Shown here: piece by piece, positions 37,111 through 50,700 of the stretch
Layout: each line of letters opens with the position of its first letter
How positions within the stretch are numbered: position 1 is the stretch's first letter
DNA from: Antedon mediterranea
Taxonomy: Eukaryota; Animalia; Echinodermata
Assembly: GCF_964355755.1 (NCBI RefSeq)
Contig: NC_092680.1
Coordinates: 6,634,001 to 6,698,000, forward strand
Direction: 5' to 3'
Length of the DNA: 64,000 nt
The notes under the pieces: model-generated
What the model was told of the DNA's origin: nothing
Databases searched by the model: none
Seen by the model: only the letters and a program-made list of their open reading frames with translations
Translations under genes and position numbers: made by a program

Positions 37111-40100
37111 ATGATGTAATCAATATATGCAGAGCAATTGCTTATACTTTAATTATGGAACTAAATTGAATAAAATGAATGCTATGTTATAGATTGTCGA
37201 AAAAAATAGCTAATAGTATGGTATGGAATGGTATGCTTTTATTATGGAAAGTGTTGATTTACATTATGTATCAAAAATTATTTTATTATAATGATAATCT
37301 GAGATTATCTCAAATTTTGATCAAGATTTTACAGAATGAGTTAAATCTTTTTTTATAACTAAAACTAAAAGATATGGAATGGAAATGGCAACCATGAACA
37401 AACAAAGCTTTATACTTGTGGCGTCTGAAAAACACACGGTTAACCAGTATTGTTACTAGTGTATATCATTTTGCAAACATGTAACATGATGGAATTGGAA
37501 AATTCAAAAAGTTCCCCCTTATTTAAATTAAAAAATTAATAAATGTCTATATCTTATAGGTTCTTTAAAAAACCACTTCCTTATAATATTGAAAATTTCA
37601 TGTTCATATGGAATGAGAAAAGGAAAACAATGGATTGGCTCCCACAAGTAGTGATAGATGATCGGCAGGGTGATACACGGAGAGTGATAGCCAATCACTG
37701 GGATTGATAGCATATTACCTTTTGGGATTCCATACAATATTCAGCTTTATAAAGCGAACAAAACATTAACAGTAGCCTATAACAGTGTGGTCTATATTCT
37801 ACATAATTAATTATTAACCTTAGTAGAAAAACAGACCTTCTTTTATTATTAAGATGATAATCGACTGCAATCCAACGACCCTTTTAGCATAATTGACATT
37901 GTAAATTATGTATGCAAATTGTATAAGCAAACACTTCAAATACACAAAATAAAAGCCTTTTATTGACTAGAAGATGAACTCATGTGCACTCAAGCATGTT
38001 ATTGGGAAAGATGTTACCAACAGAGGGCAGCCTTACATTAAATATAATGTAAGCGTTAGTTTAAGTGAATAGGAGAGGTGGGAGTGGCCAAAGATTATAG
38101 TACTGTAGTTCTATAATATAAATATTGGAGTGGCCCAATTGATGCAACAGATTTTGTTGCAATAATTATAAATTCTACAAAGTGAAAATAAATAAATTTT
38201 TATGTAGTTTTAAGATATTAATATTGCATAGGACAACCATTAGTGAATCTGTAGGCTATAAATTATTGATTAGAAATGATAGAAATAGCATCTTTAAAAT
38301 TTACTAAAACAAAATAAACAGAGTGAAAATCTTCCTTCGGATCTTTACAATAATATTCCAGAAGTAATTTAGTAATAAATGCCAACATTTCATGTAAAAT
38401 TTCATGTATTTTAGTGTGAAGGACAAAAATGATTTCCTCTTCGTATTGGATTTCTTGTCTAAACGAGGAAGGTAATAACCTGCCAACTCTCATTACAATG
38501 TTACTTATTCTAATTACCATTACCATCAAAACTATGTGCAAGCAATACAAGTTTAAAGTTGCTTAACATAGGTTAAGTATAATCATATTATTTTCAACAA
38601 TGTTGTCCTTTGGGTATAAATGGTGAGTAAACGAAGTTCGATTTGTCTTGAGAATCATCTTAACAGGTCAAGGTACACTGTTACTAGAATGAGTGAACAA
38701 GTGTTTGTCTAACGGCTGTTCTTGACTGTTCAGTTTTCTAACAAGTTGCGGTGATCAGAAATGTACGTAGGAAACCGACTCACATCCGTGGGAAACCTCT
38801 GGGACGTTAGATGTTTCACATCCCATGAATACACCTGCTTTTATTGGTATGTGCGATGTAATACTGACAGAACCTGTAAACTGACAGGGGCATATTTCAA
38901 CCTGTTGAGAAATCAGAGTTACCTTGGAATTGTTTACCTACAACAATCTATATTCTAAAAATTAAAACCAACATTTCAAAATAAATTTAAAATACTACTA
39001 AAATTAATACAATATATATATATTTAGTTAATTGTGATTGATTTGTTAAAAATAAATTCTTAAATTCATTTATATTTAGTATTTAATACCGTATAATAAT
39101 TATTATGGTTTGTTTTTTTTTTTTTGTTTTTTTTTTTTCTTTATTCTGATACAAAATCAATAGGATAAAAAACACAAAAAGTACCGAGACGGCAAACTTA
39201 TTTCCATTGTGGTCCTAAACAAATATAACAGAATAAACAAGGAAAACCACAATAACTTAAACATAATACACAAACAAATAGCAAATTAAATTTCTAAATG
39301 TTGTTTACTAGTAGTAGTTATACCCAATAAATTGAAGACAAATTGGAAAAAAGAGCATTTCAGTTTCTTCTTGGAGCTGATCTCTGATGCGGATCAGGGG
39401 AATAGAAAAGGGCATTGGTTCAACTGTTCTGGGTAGCTAAATAAATGCTCCATTAAGTGCCTGGTAATCAAGTGAAAAATTAGATGAAGGAACTAAGGGT
39501 ATGTATATATATTCTGCCATGTATACATGCTGAACTTGCTTTATTTATTTTTTTGCCAACATCACTTTCATTAAAAAAGAAAAACAAACAACAAGGTGTT
39601 TAGAACCCTGGTCTACCAAATGGAAAGCTTAACACTAAGCATTCAGCCAGAGAACTAACTTGCAGAGTGCCATCTCCAAGGTCTTAATTTATGCCATATA
39701 TAATTAATTTCATGCATATATATGATCTCTGCCTAAAAACAATGGATCGAAAAATAACGCTGCATTGATTGAAGATTCTTATCTATGCTTACGTCACACA
39801 TCATTCATTTATGCCATATTGATATCATTTTGCATTCATGATTTCTGCCTTAACATGTTGGAAAGAAAATACAGTACTGCAATCTCTACTTCTCCGTCCC
39901 TCTTTATTCAATAGCAGAAAACACTTTTCTGAATATGTTTTGTTATCAAGAGAAAGAACAATGAGGCAATTATCTGATTAAGTTTGACCTAATAATAATC
40001 TCTGTTTGGTGGTTTCATTTCTGTAAAAGTACAATTTCATGTTCTCTAATGAGTTGGTTAAAAGAATTGTTTGTATCAAATGAGATATAAACACAGAGGC

Positions 40101-43069
40101 AAAAGTGAAACTTCCTGACTAATATAGATCTATCTAAGTAAACAAAGGAAATAGAGCAATTAAATTAACCTTCATTTTATTGTCAACTCATGCATAGAAC
40201 ATTTTCACATTCTATTAGTATTACATAAAACAATCTGTGAAATTAGAAAATGTTGTTATATTAAATTTATATAAATGCTTGATCCAGGATTCTGAAATAG
40301 AGTTGAGTCCAGGGCCTAAATGTTTTATCTTTTGCATTGCAATTAAAACAATTTATGGGAGGAAGGAAGGGTATGTGCCAGACTCGCTTCCCCACCCTAT
40401 AATTGTAATAATTAGGCATAAATTAAAATTATTTTATCTAATAAAAAAGCACAATTATAAGGCCAGTTCTGAGCAAAATTACAAACAATTATGTACTTCT
40501 TTTAAACAAAAATTGTGACAAGAAACTGAAAGAAAGATTTCAAGCTCCCCTCCTCCTTAATTTTAAGAAATATCACAAGATCTACACTTGTCTAGGTAAA
40601 ACCCTCTAGGATGTTAAATATGGAAATCGAAATCATATTAGACTAAATTTTGTAATCTCTACTAGCATTTGCTATACTATAAGTCACCCGTATGATTCAA
40701 GGTAAAATCAACTGTAATTATGCCAATTCTTAAGTCTCTTCTTTGACTCATGTTTAATATTTTGGTTATAGATTATTAATCTTAATCTTTTAAATGATTT
40801 TTCTTTTACGAGACAGAAACGCGTTACAAGGTTGTCTGTGCTAACTTGTAAAAATCAAGTAGGACTGACATCAAACATCGCAAGGGCCCCCATGAGCTTA
40901 ACATTATAAGAGGAGATATATATCAAAGTATTACTTAAATATAACATTTATGTTGTGACTTCATAAAATTGCTTTTCATGAATCTGACTAATACAAGTGT
41001 GATTCCTATATAGTTCTGAATACAACTTTGAAACAAGAATTTTACATTGCTTAGCAAATTTCTAGAGTTTACACACAACTCACACACCATACAAAATGTC
41101 GGTGTTGACGTCTGGTGTGTAAACTTTGGAGTTTTGCCATAGGCTTTTTAAAGGGTATTAAAGAGTTGTTCTTTTGCATCTTACACCATACTAGGTCACA
41201 TTTTAGTGTTCGACAGACTTGATTCAGTAGTTTTGAATAAACAAAACTTCTGCTTGAAATGTAAAGTGCACTGGAAGTCCTCCTCCAGCTCTCAATATCA
41301 CCAATTAGTCTTTTTCAAAGCTTCATATCATGGTTTATGAAACATTTTTAGTCCTCCATTTTAATGTTTCCATTCACATTGCAAATTTTAAGAACCATTT
41401 TTGTTTATGTTCTTGCATTTAATAACTTCATACAGTAATACTCCATGGTAATACCATCATTTTTCAAAAACAAACAATTCTAATTAATTTTAAAGCAGAC
41501 ATTTAAGTGAGTTTTCACTCCTGTGGTGTCTAGACATACAAATTAAACAGATACTGACAAGTACATTAAAGTTGCCAAAACTCACTCTCACCACAACCTA
41601 AAACAATCTTAACAATGAATTCGTTTTGCAAGTTTCTAATATTATAAATTACTATTATTAACAGTAATATTTTGCAGTAAAAAGTGCAATAAGTATTTTC
41701 GTTTAAATTGATTTTTTTCATCTCCAAGAACAGAGTAATATTGAACATTATGGCATTCAAACCATAAAAATCCAGCATTAAGAAGTTAATACTCTTTCAT
41801 CAATTCAGAAGGGACTTCAGATGAACAAAACAAGAAATGAAATTAAGTCTTACATATTTCATTTAAGGAATTATCTGTTTTGTCGATTGGGTTAAAACTC
41901 TCATTAAATGAAAAACACAATAATAAAATATGAAAAAGTAATCTGAAAAAAATAGTGAATCTATATCAACGTTCAAAACTGAATGTTCATAAATATTTTT
42001 GAATGTGAAATTTTGACAAAATTGTTCCAAATCCAACAAAATCCTCACAAACTGCATTTACAAAATAAAAGTACTCTCACTCATGCTTTTTACTCAAAAC
42101 GTCCTCTATCTCCAAAAAATAAACTGCACAACTGCCATTCATCTATGTTAGAATATCATTTTTTCAAAATGTCTTTGGGACAGCCCACATTCAGTAATTC
42201 TAGGCCATTTCCATACCTCAAAATTAGATTCCAGAGAATGTGGAGAATGTAATAAAAAAAAATAGGTAGCAGTCTATGTCTGTTTTATATCTATATATAT
42301 ATACATAAGCACAGAAGACACAAGCATTCATATTTCCACTTTCAACTCAATTTATTGTGATCAAGTACAATCTCTAAATTATCAATTTAAATTAGAAATT
42401 GTATCTGCTAATATGATTATTTTCAAATAAATTTAATAAACACTGATCTATGTAGATAATTTGAGGTTGTCACCATCCCCGAATGATGATGGAAACTAGT
42501 ATTATAATAACTGTAATATTGATCATCATTATTAGAAACTAAAAAATTATTCAATAAACATCTACTGCTGTCCAACCACATACAGACATCAATGCATGTA
42601 TGTTATAACTTGCCAGTGGTCTAAAAACATCCAGAAAGTCAGTATTCAAAATTTGTATTCTTTCACAAATTGATCAGTTGGTATTCTTACTCAATCAAAA
42701 AATTAAGATTATTAAAAATTGATTACGAACGAAATGTAATACTGTTAAATAGTCTGCGTAATTGTATTACATCCTCTAAAACCATTTGCAGTCCATGCCA
42801 ATTTCTTATTACGGAGTTTCTTTATGCAACAGAGAAAATAGGCTATATATTGAAGTTTTAAAAGAAAAAAACACAATGAAAAAATGTCATTGGCTATATA
42901 TCTTGAGATAATACAATGAAAAAAGTCTGTCGCTGTGTATTTTGAGCTGTTACGTAACCTATCAACTACACTTTTCATTTGTTATAATACCACAGTGGGC
43001 AAAAATGAAAAGACTTTAGGTTTGTCGGCTAAGTTGAAATAATGCCTCAATTATGATTTGGCTTCCATG

Positions 43070-43275
43070 TTTTCTTTTCTTTTTTTAAGGCAAACTGCCT
43101 TCTTTGTTCTTTTCTTTTTTCAGGCAAACTGCCAAGGATAGCCATAAGCGAAATCCATCCTGTTCACAAAGCAAACATACACACAACGCCTTTAGAAAAT
43201 ATCCTGACATGTGATGAGATTTGAACCCAATACACTCTGATCGGAAGCCGGGCATCTTAATCATCAAGCTACAAT
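43070..43275 (-). mobile_element. tRNA-derived SINE, degraded
   Basis: - strand: TAGCTTGATGATTAAG (A box), GGCTTCCGATC loop, GGGTTCAAATCTC (B box), body, and a duplicated ggcagtttgcct-A-rich tail. Confidence 0.55.
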
Positions 43276-44539
43276 CCATGTTCAGAAAATGTTCAATCCA
43301 ATGGTTATCAATGATAGTTAATTTAACATATACAAAACCATGTAGTAGTAAAAAACTGTTACAAAGCCATGTTATGTAATGAATTCTTAGAATCCAGGCC
43401 AACAGGCAAACAAGTTTCTAACAACATCCCATCAAGTGCACATCAACCCATGACATTTGAAGCCTTCTAACTAGAAAAATGCTGCTCGACTCATTGACAG
43501 ATTTAATTATAATTGTTCTTCCTTCATTAAATGATGCTTGTATTGATATTCTATTTAATAAATTAAATTATCAACCATTTTTGTTTAAAAATCAGTAAAC
43601 ATTTTGTGTACGCCCGAAATGCTCTATTTGGTTACGTTGTTAGTTTGTGTAATGTGCATGGGCCATTCAACGGAAAATTTAATATCAGCAGATGTATTCA
43701 TAGACTCTCTTCTCCCAGACGTGATTTAGTGTGTGCGCATGCCCAGTCCAAGTTTACAATTTCCCATTTTTTAGTCTTCGTAAGTAATAGCACCCGCATT
43801 GATACTGTTTTGTAATGATTCCGTCCTGGACTATAACTGCCTAAAGACGCGGCGCGAAAAAATAATGAAATAGAAATACCATATGAATGAACTTCTTTAA
43901 GTACAAACCTTTTAGATGTATAATTTCTACAGGAACATTCTTGTTGATAACTTCTGCTAGACATCACAACATTCTCTTTACTTCTTTGAAAGTTTCTTCC
44001 ACTGGATTTTACAATAAATCTATCTAGAGTTGGTCATTCTTTCTGACTCTGTATACAATAAATTTAGAATTCTCCTTTATTTTTTATTCTCACAAGATTT
44101 ATATCTGAAGCCAATTATGTATGTATGTTCACTTTGCTCGATGTGTTCATGTATGACCATCATGACTTTATACTTAGTTACATGCATAGTAGTTGTTTTG
44201 TATGTTTTCTTGCAGTAACATCCTTAGAGTTCAATCTTCTGGTTTTGCATATTAAGTTGATATTCTAGTCCATTTTTTTTCTCGACACAATTTCAAAATA
44301 TCTAGTGCTCACTCTGTGTTCTATTTGCAGATGGTCTGTGTTGATCCTCTTGCTACCAGTCATCTCTGTTTCTTCCATTTAGTGAGGACAACTCTTTGAG
44401 TAAACTTCCTTAATTCTGCTCTTTTCCACTAACCTTACCATGAATTAAAGTAAAGGTAAAATATGTAGACATAGCTGAAGTAGTAGTAGCAGCATTCTTT
44501 GACTCAGATCATTCCCTTGGATCCATGCTTCCATATCCG

Positions 44540-44750
44540 TCATCCCTGTGTTTTCCATTTAGCATGGAAAACAGTCACATTCTCAACATTGATTCCTTCA
44601 GATCTTGTGTTCTGGATGAGAGCGTGTAAAATCTCTGGCAAGGTCTGCTCAATCTTGTAGCTGGTGAGGATTGTAACCATTCCACTGGAGTCATACTCGG
44701 AACTCTGATGAGCAAAGTATCGGCAACAGTCCAAGATACCATAGAATGAC
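44540..44750 (-). CDS. SMG5: SMG5 last coding exon
   Basis: tctctatag| 211 nt to TGA; contains ORF 44540-44734. Confidence 0.92.
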
Positions 44751-47700
44751 CTATAGAGATTTACAATTTAATTATTATGTTATCTTAATGATTTTATTTT
44801 GTATTATATTTATGTAATTAATTTGTACATGATTTGCTTGATATCTTCTAAAAGAATTGGAAGTTAAGATCAATAGGCATGTAGTTGCCTTTTCGTCCAT
44901 ATTTCACTCTATATATTGATGTTTTTTACTATATTTTCTTATGGGTAAATAAAAGAAACCTTTAACTTATAACAATATTGCAGTAAATTATGATTATTGA
45001 TTTTCATCATTTATGAATCAAGAAAACAAATATTACCAAACTCGCTTATCCTCATTCTTTGTCTTCTTTCTTTTCACTGATTTAACAACCTCATTTTCCT
45101 TCTGAGCTCTCAGGTACCTACAAAGATTGTTATTAACTTCAGAAATGCTTTAAAATGAAAAGCAATGAACAAACCATTTTGATGATTCATAATGTAATTT
45201 GAGAAACTTTCATAACATCTGTACATATCATAGCCTCTGCTAAAATGTATGTCTTAATAATTTCCTTTTCAAAAGTGCTTAATTACGAAAATGAAGATGA
45301 TACTAGAGTTGACAGGAGGTAGGTAAAGGTATTGCAGTATAGCATGTAGCTTGTGTAAGGCAAAAGACAAGAAAAAGAAATTGGCAAAGAAATTGTATAC
45401 AAGTCAGGCAGTATTAGATAGATTCAGAATGCAATTTAAAAGTCAATCAGTTGCATAAAAAAATGAAACACAGACGAAGCGATTTTGTTTTAGACATAAT
45501 TCAATGTAAATAAGCTTTTTCATTTGTTGAATTCATCCAACATACCACAGAGAAATCAAAGAATCAGGACAACATGAGTTTTCTAAAAATAGGTAAATTA
45601 AAGCATTTACTTGTTTGAATTGATTTCTTTAAAGTATAACATATTTGTGAGAAATGGTAACAAGCTGCACACTTAAGTCTACCCTAAGACTTACTTATTT
45701 TTATTTCGGACAGATTTTAGTTTTTTGTTATAAGTCTGAACTGAATGTTAGTAAATCAATTGCTTTTATTAGTTCTAGTCTTGTTTACTCTTATTCTACA
45801 ACCTTAAATACATAATGAAATACAACTCTTTTTATCAAACCAATGGTAACAATAAAAAAAAAATTGTGATTCATTTGTGATTACAAACAAGATGAAAATT
45901 TACAATCATTTTAAAACTGTAAGTACATTTTTTAATAACATAAGAAAAAAAAAGTTTTTATGGTATTAGAAGTGAGCACAAGTTGACCGTCTCATCCGAT
46001 GATTTTTATTTTTACTCAGGGGATGGACCAAATATAAACTAACTTCAAAATTCCTACAAAAAACAGAAAGAAAGTTATTAAGGTGACGAACCTGTTTCCT
46101 TTGTGGAACTCTCTCTCGAGGTACTTGATCGTGTCTCGGGCGCCCTGCTGAGTTTTCTTGCTCATGTCCAAAGTATCAATCACTAAAACGACAAATAAAA
46201 AAGCATATCACTTGCCTATCAAAAGCGACACCGTTTGTGATGCCACATTTGAAAATGAAAGCTTAATTTGAAATCAGATTTTTTTTTTTCTGTTAATACC
46301 AATTTTATTAAATGATTGACAGATATAATAATTGATAGATGGAATGATTCATTTTGACAGATTTTTAGAAGTTTTTTTTGAAAGGTCTATTTATTCAATT
46401 CTAACAAATTGTCTTTAATATTTGCAAATCATGGTAGAAAACAGCTAGGAAACCTTAGAAATACCATTTATGGAAAAGTGATGAAACTTTAAAGATTTAA
46501 GAAAGCTGGTTAGATTTAGGCCCAAAAAATAAAAGACCAAAACTAAAATGAGTAAAGAAGTAGTGTTTTAACTTTTAAAAACCCTTTATTTTTCATTATT
46601 GTAACATAATCTTAATATTATTCAATCTATCTAAAAGGTAAAAATTGACACACATACAAACAACAACTACAAAACCTGTTTATATGCCAATACATTTTTT
46701 TTAGAAATTTCAGAGAATAAAAAAACAACAGCATCTTATTTTCTATTACAAAATGTATTTCTTTATTTCAAAAATTGAAAATAGTATTAACAATGATAAC
46801 AATTGCTAACTAATACAAAGTAGATTTGCATCAGGGAGCAAAGTTAATAGGTCAGATGTTTGCTCTCCTCTGATGTTAATTGTACGTCTGGATGATACAT
46901 TGAAAACATCAGTACAATTACATCAGAGCAAAACATCTAAAGGTTGCAGCCAAGATGTGCAAAAATATATACACTTTGAATGAGATGTGAGGAAAAACAA
47001 GGGTACCTTAAACCTTGAAACTTAACAAATTTAATAAAGAAAATATATTACTTTACAAAATCTTTAGTTTTAAGTCTGTAGAAAGATACACTTTCCATGT
47101 TTATTAAACTAACTTTTACCCAAGAGAGCCTTAAGATGTCTTTAAATTAAATTTGAAAGGAACAAACTAGCAGGGCTGTTACTATGCGTTTCTCCATGTT
47201 GACATTTCTGACACAAATCAAATCAGAAACCAAGCTTCAAAATAAAACTTCGTTTAAGAATCTGTTTTTATTAGTGTATTATTAAACAGTTGTTATCAAA
47301 ACTCCAATTTTATGACAGTTGAACTACAGAAATTTGATTATTTGTACATAATTTCTGACACCTTAATTTCCCTTGAGCCCACTGGGGGCAGCAGAACTCA
47401 CTAAAAAAATATTTCCCTTTTCTATTCTATTCTTTAATTCTTTATTTATTATTCATATTCGCTTTTATTTGTTAAAATATTTATGAGATGAGTAGTAGTA
47501 ATTAGTCTTGTTTATTTTATTTCATTTATATGTAATTTTTACTTTCTATGGACCAGAGATTCCGAAATAAAAGATTGAATGAATGAATGAATTTCTTCCC
47601 ATGGCCTAAAAATTGTAAAATGAAAAACTTAAACTTATGTCCAATTTTTTGCGTATTGAAATTGAGGGAGGTCCTGGTTGGCTCTCCACCCTGAATCAGG

Positions 47701-50700
47701 CTATGCCTTTCCTCCTGTAGTAATTCTCACTAAAAAAGGTTAAACTCTTCTAACACTTTGATTTCCATTTTAAATCCAATCCTCAACATACAAATACTTT
47801 AACATCAAGGGGAAATGCTTTTACCCCTTATAGTCACTGTACAGGATGCAAACTGTAATTCTCAAATTCAAGAGAAAAAAACACACCAAAACTTTGTATT
47901 AAAACATAATTTCATTATAAATAGCTTTTAAACACAACCTTGAAAAAAGGAAAAAGAGTTTCTTATAGACGACTGTGACAAATTACTATCTAAACCTTGG
48001 TATTAATGTACAGCCTCTCACAACTGTATAATATTTGATTAAACTTTGGCAAATGCACTCAGTATAGGCGTTAAACGAAGCATGACCAATTGAATCAATT
48101 AAAGGTCAGATGTAATTTTGATTGGTTCATTATTTCCGAGCTGTAGCAGTAATACTGACTATAATTAACCAATTAGGAGCTTTTAATTACAATTTCATTA
48201 TGGTGTCAGACATGGAAACTGCTTCGTGTTTATAATGTGTATGCAGATTGAGTGGTGATTTATATTTTATTACTCACCACTTATAAAAACAAACTTTCAT
48301 TTTTGTCTTAATGCTGACACCAACGATATTCTCTATTTGCCAAGTTAAAATATTTACTGTATATCACCATGTCGGGAATCTCTACCAAAACTGGAGATTT
48401 TTTTGGTAAATGTCCAAAATGTAAAATTAAAACTGACAAATTAGAAAAAAAAAGTTGTAAAATCAAACAGCAAAAAATCTACAGAGAGTTGACCAAAAGA
48501 AGTGAAATTGATATTATAGGTTTTTTATGTAATTAGATTTACACAAATAATACAATACTGAATATATAAATCTTGATAACTAGCCTACAATTTATAGTTT
48601 AATAAAAAAAAAAAGTATGGAAAGAAAGTTGAACAGAATTTGTTTCAGAACAGAATTTGTTTCAGAACAGAATCTTATTTCAGGACAAAAAAATCAAGAA
48701 TTGGAGATGGACAAATATATCATGGAATGGACTCCAAGAACAGGCACACAAGGCCGAGGAAGACCAAAAAAGAGGTGGAGAGATGATATTGTTGCATTTG
48801 CAGGTGTATCTTGGATGAGGGCAGCACAGGACAGGAAGGGACCGGCTCAGCTTGGGGAGGCCTTCACCCTATAGTGGGCTAAAAATGGATGAAATGATGA
48901 TGAAATGTTTTAGGAAACATGTTCAGACTGCTTCATCACATAGGAATTCAATAGGCACTGCAACATGTTTTTTTAAGCACAAAATACAACAGTAGTAATC
49001 CCAGTGGTGTTGGTTTTGATAAATGAAATTGAGAATGGTTGTAGCATAGGTAGCAAAACATGCTACAGAATAGGCATTGAAATTGAGAATGGTTGTAGCA
49101 TAGGTAGCAAAACATACTACAGAATAGGCATTATGATATAATGTATGAACCAAGTTCAGGTTTCTCTGTTGAAAACTTTTATAATCAAGTTAACATTTCG
49201 GAAGGTTATTTTATTAATTAATACAAGATCATTTTTTCTTTATTAGCAATTGATTAAAAAAACCCAGAAGCTATTATCTTACAAACAATAGAAATGATTT
49301 AATAGCGGTATGAGATATTATCAATGCAATTATCAATGCAATGACATTAGAGCCTTATTCACTATTGTCTTAATAAACTTACCTGTCGACATTAAGAAAC
49401 AATATAAGTATAATACAGTAGGTAGTATAATTAGATCAGGAAATCGCAACTTCTACAATATTGCATCAGAAAAAGATAAGTTGATAGGATCTGGGTAATT
49501 ATCCATCTTAAATTATAACTTTTTTTTGCCAACACTTGAGGCCAGAAAAGTTAATTTCTAATTAGTTCCTTTGTTAATAGCAGGTTGAAGTTATTAAGGA
49601 ATTGCCTCTAGTAGCAGTTAGAAATTGTGCTGATATCATTATTTTTGCACACTGTATTGAATTGAACGTAATTAATAATCTATCAAGGAGTTAAAAATGG
49701 ACAGGGAAATATACATATAGTAATGCATGCAAGGTATGAGGTATAATAATGATGCAATTGGCACGGTATGGTAATTGATGTGAGGTAGGTATGGCAGACC
49801 TCCCAACTCTCCTGATGACGGCAAGAGTCTTCTGAAAGTTCTCTCACTCTATTGCTAAAATAGAATTTTACCGAAAAAAATATCATAATACTTATAATTT
49901 CTACTACTTTCCAATTCATGCATTGGTTAATAAGTGAAAGAATGAGTTGGCACCATATTTTCTGCCTTTGGGACATGTGACGTACTAGTATACCTTTAGA
50001 TAGTGTCCACTATGGTTAGAAGCATTTATGAAAATATTATAGAATTAAAAAACCTCATGTTATTTCATTTTTCTGGGTATGGTAAAGTTTGTGAGGTACC
50101 AGTACGGAATTGATATGGTATGGTAATCATTACCTGCTTTAGGAATGACAACGATGAAACGTGCACTTGAAGCAAGCTGTTTGACAAGATTCAGGTGATT
50201 AGTTAAAGTCTCAGCATCAGGTACAATGTATGGAGAGAGACTGCCCTCACTCGGTTGAATGCTTCCCTCAAGTTGTTGTACTTCAGTCTGTAAGTAGACA
50301 TAACATTTTGATACCAAGAAATTCTATAAGTGTAAATGCTTTGTGGAAAATAAAACATTTACAAAGTCTTATGTCCAAATTTAATCTAAATTCAGAGGTG
50401 CGTTTATGCTCTTAAGCATGGAATTTTACTTTGCCATTTATAGAGTTAAAAATATTAAAAATGTATTTAACATCACGAACAAAACATGTCTATAATACAA
50501 TTATTAATAAAAGTAGGACGAACTATCAGAAGACAAAAAATTAGAACATGTTACATTAAATTAAATAAAAATATACAATTACATAAAAATTTCAAAGCGA
50601 TATGAAAAATGTCAAACCATCTTGACATTAACTGCCAAATGACGCTAGCATATTTTTTATTGACGTGAACAGTGATAAGGGAATTTTTTTCACAATCTTT

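Noticed and set aside
38263-38958. Short ORFs and a CpG-containing stretch as exons of a hidden gene
   Set aside because: Stops in all frames tried and no recognisable protein; may be a decayed repeat.
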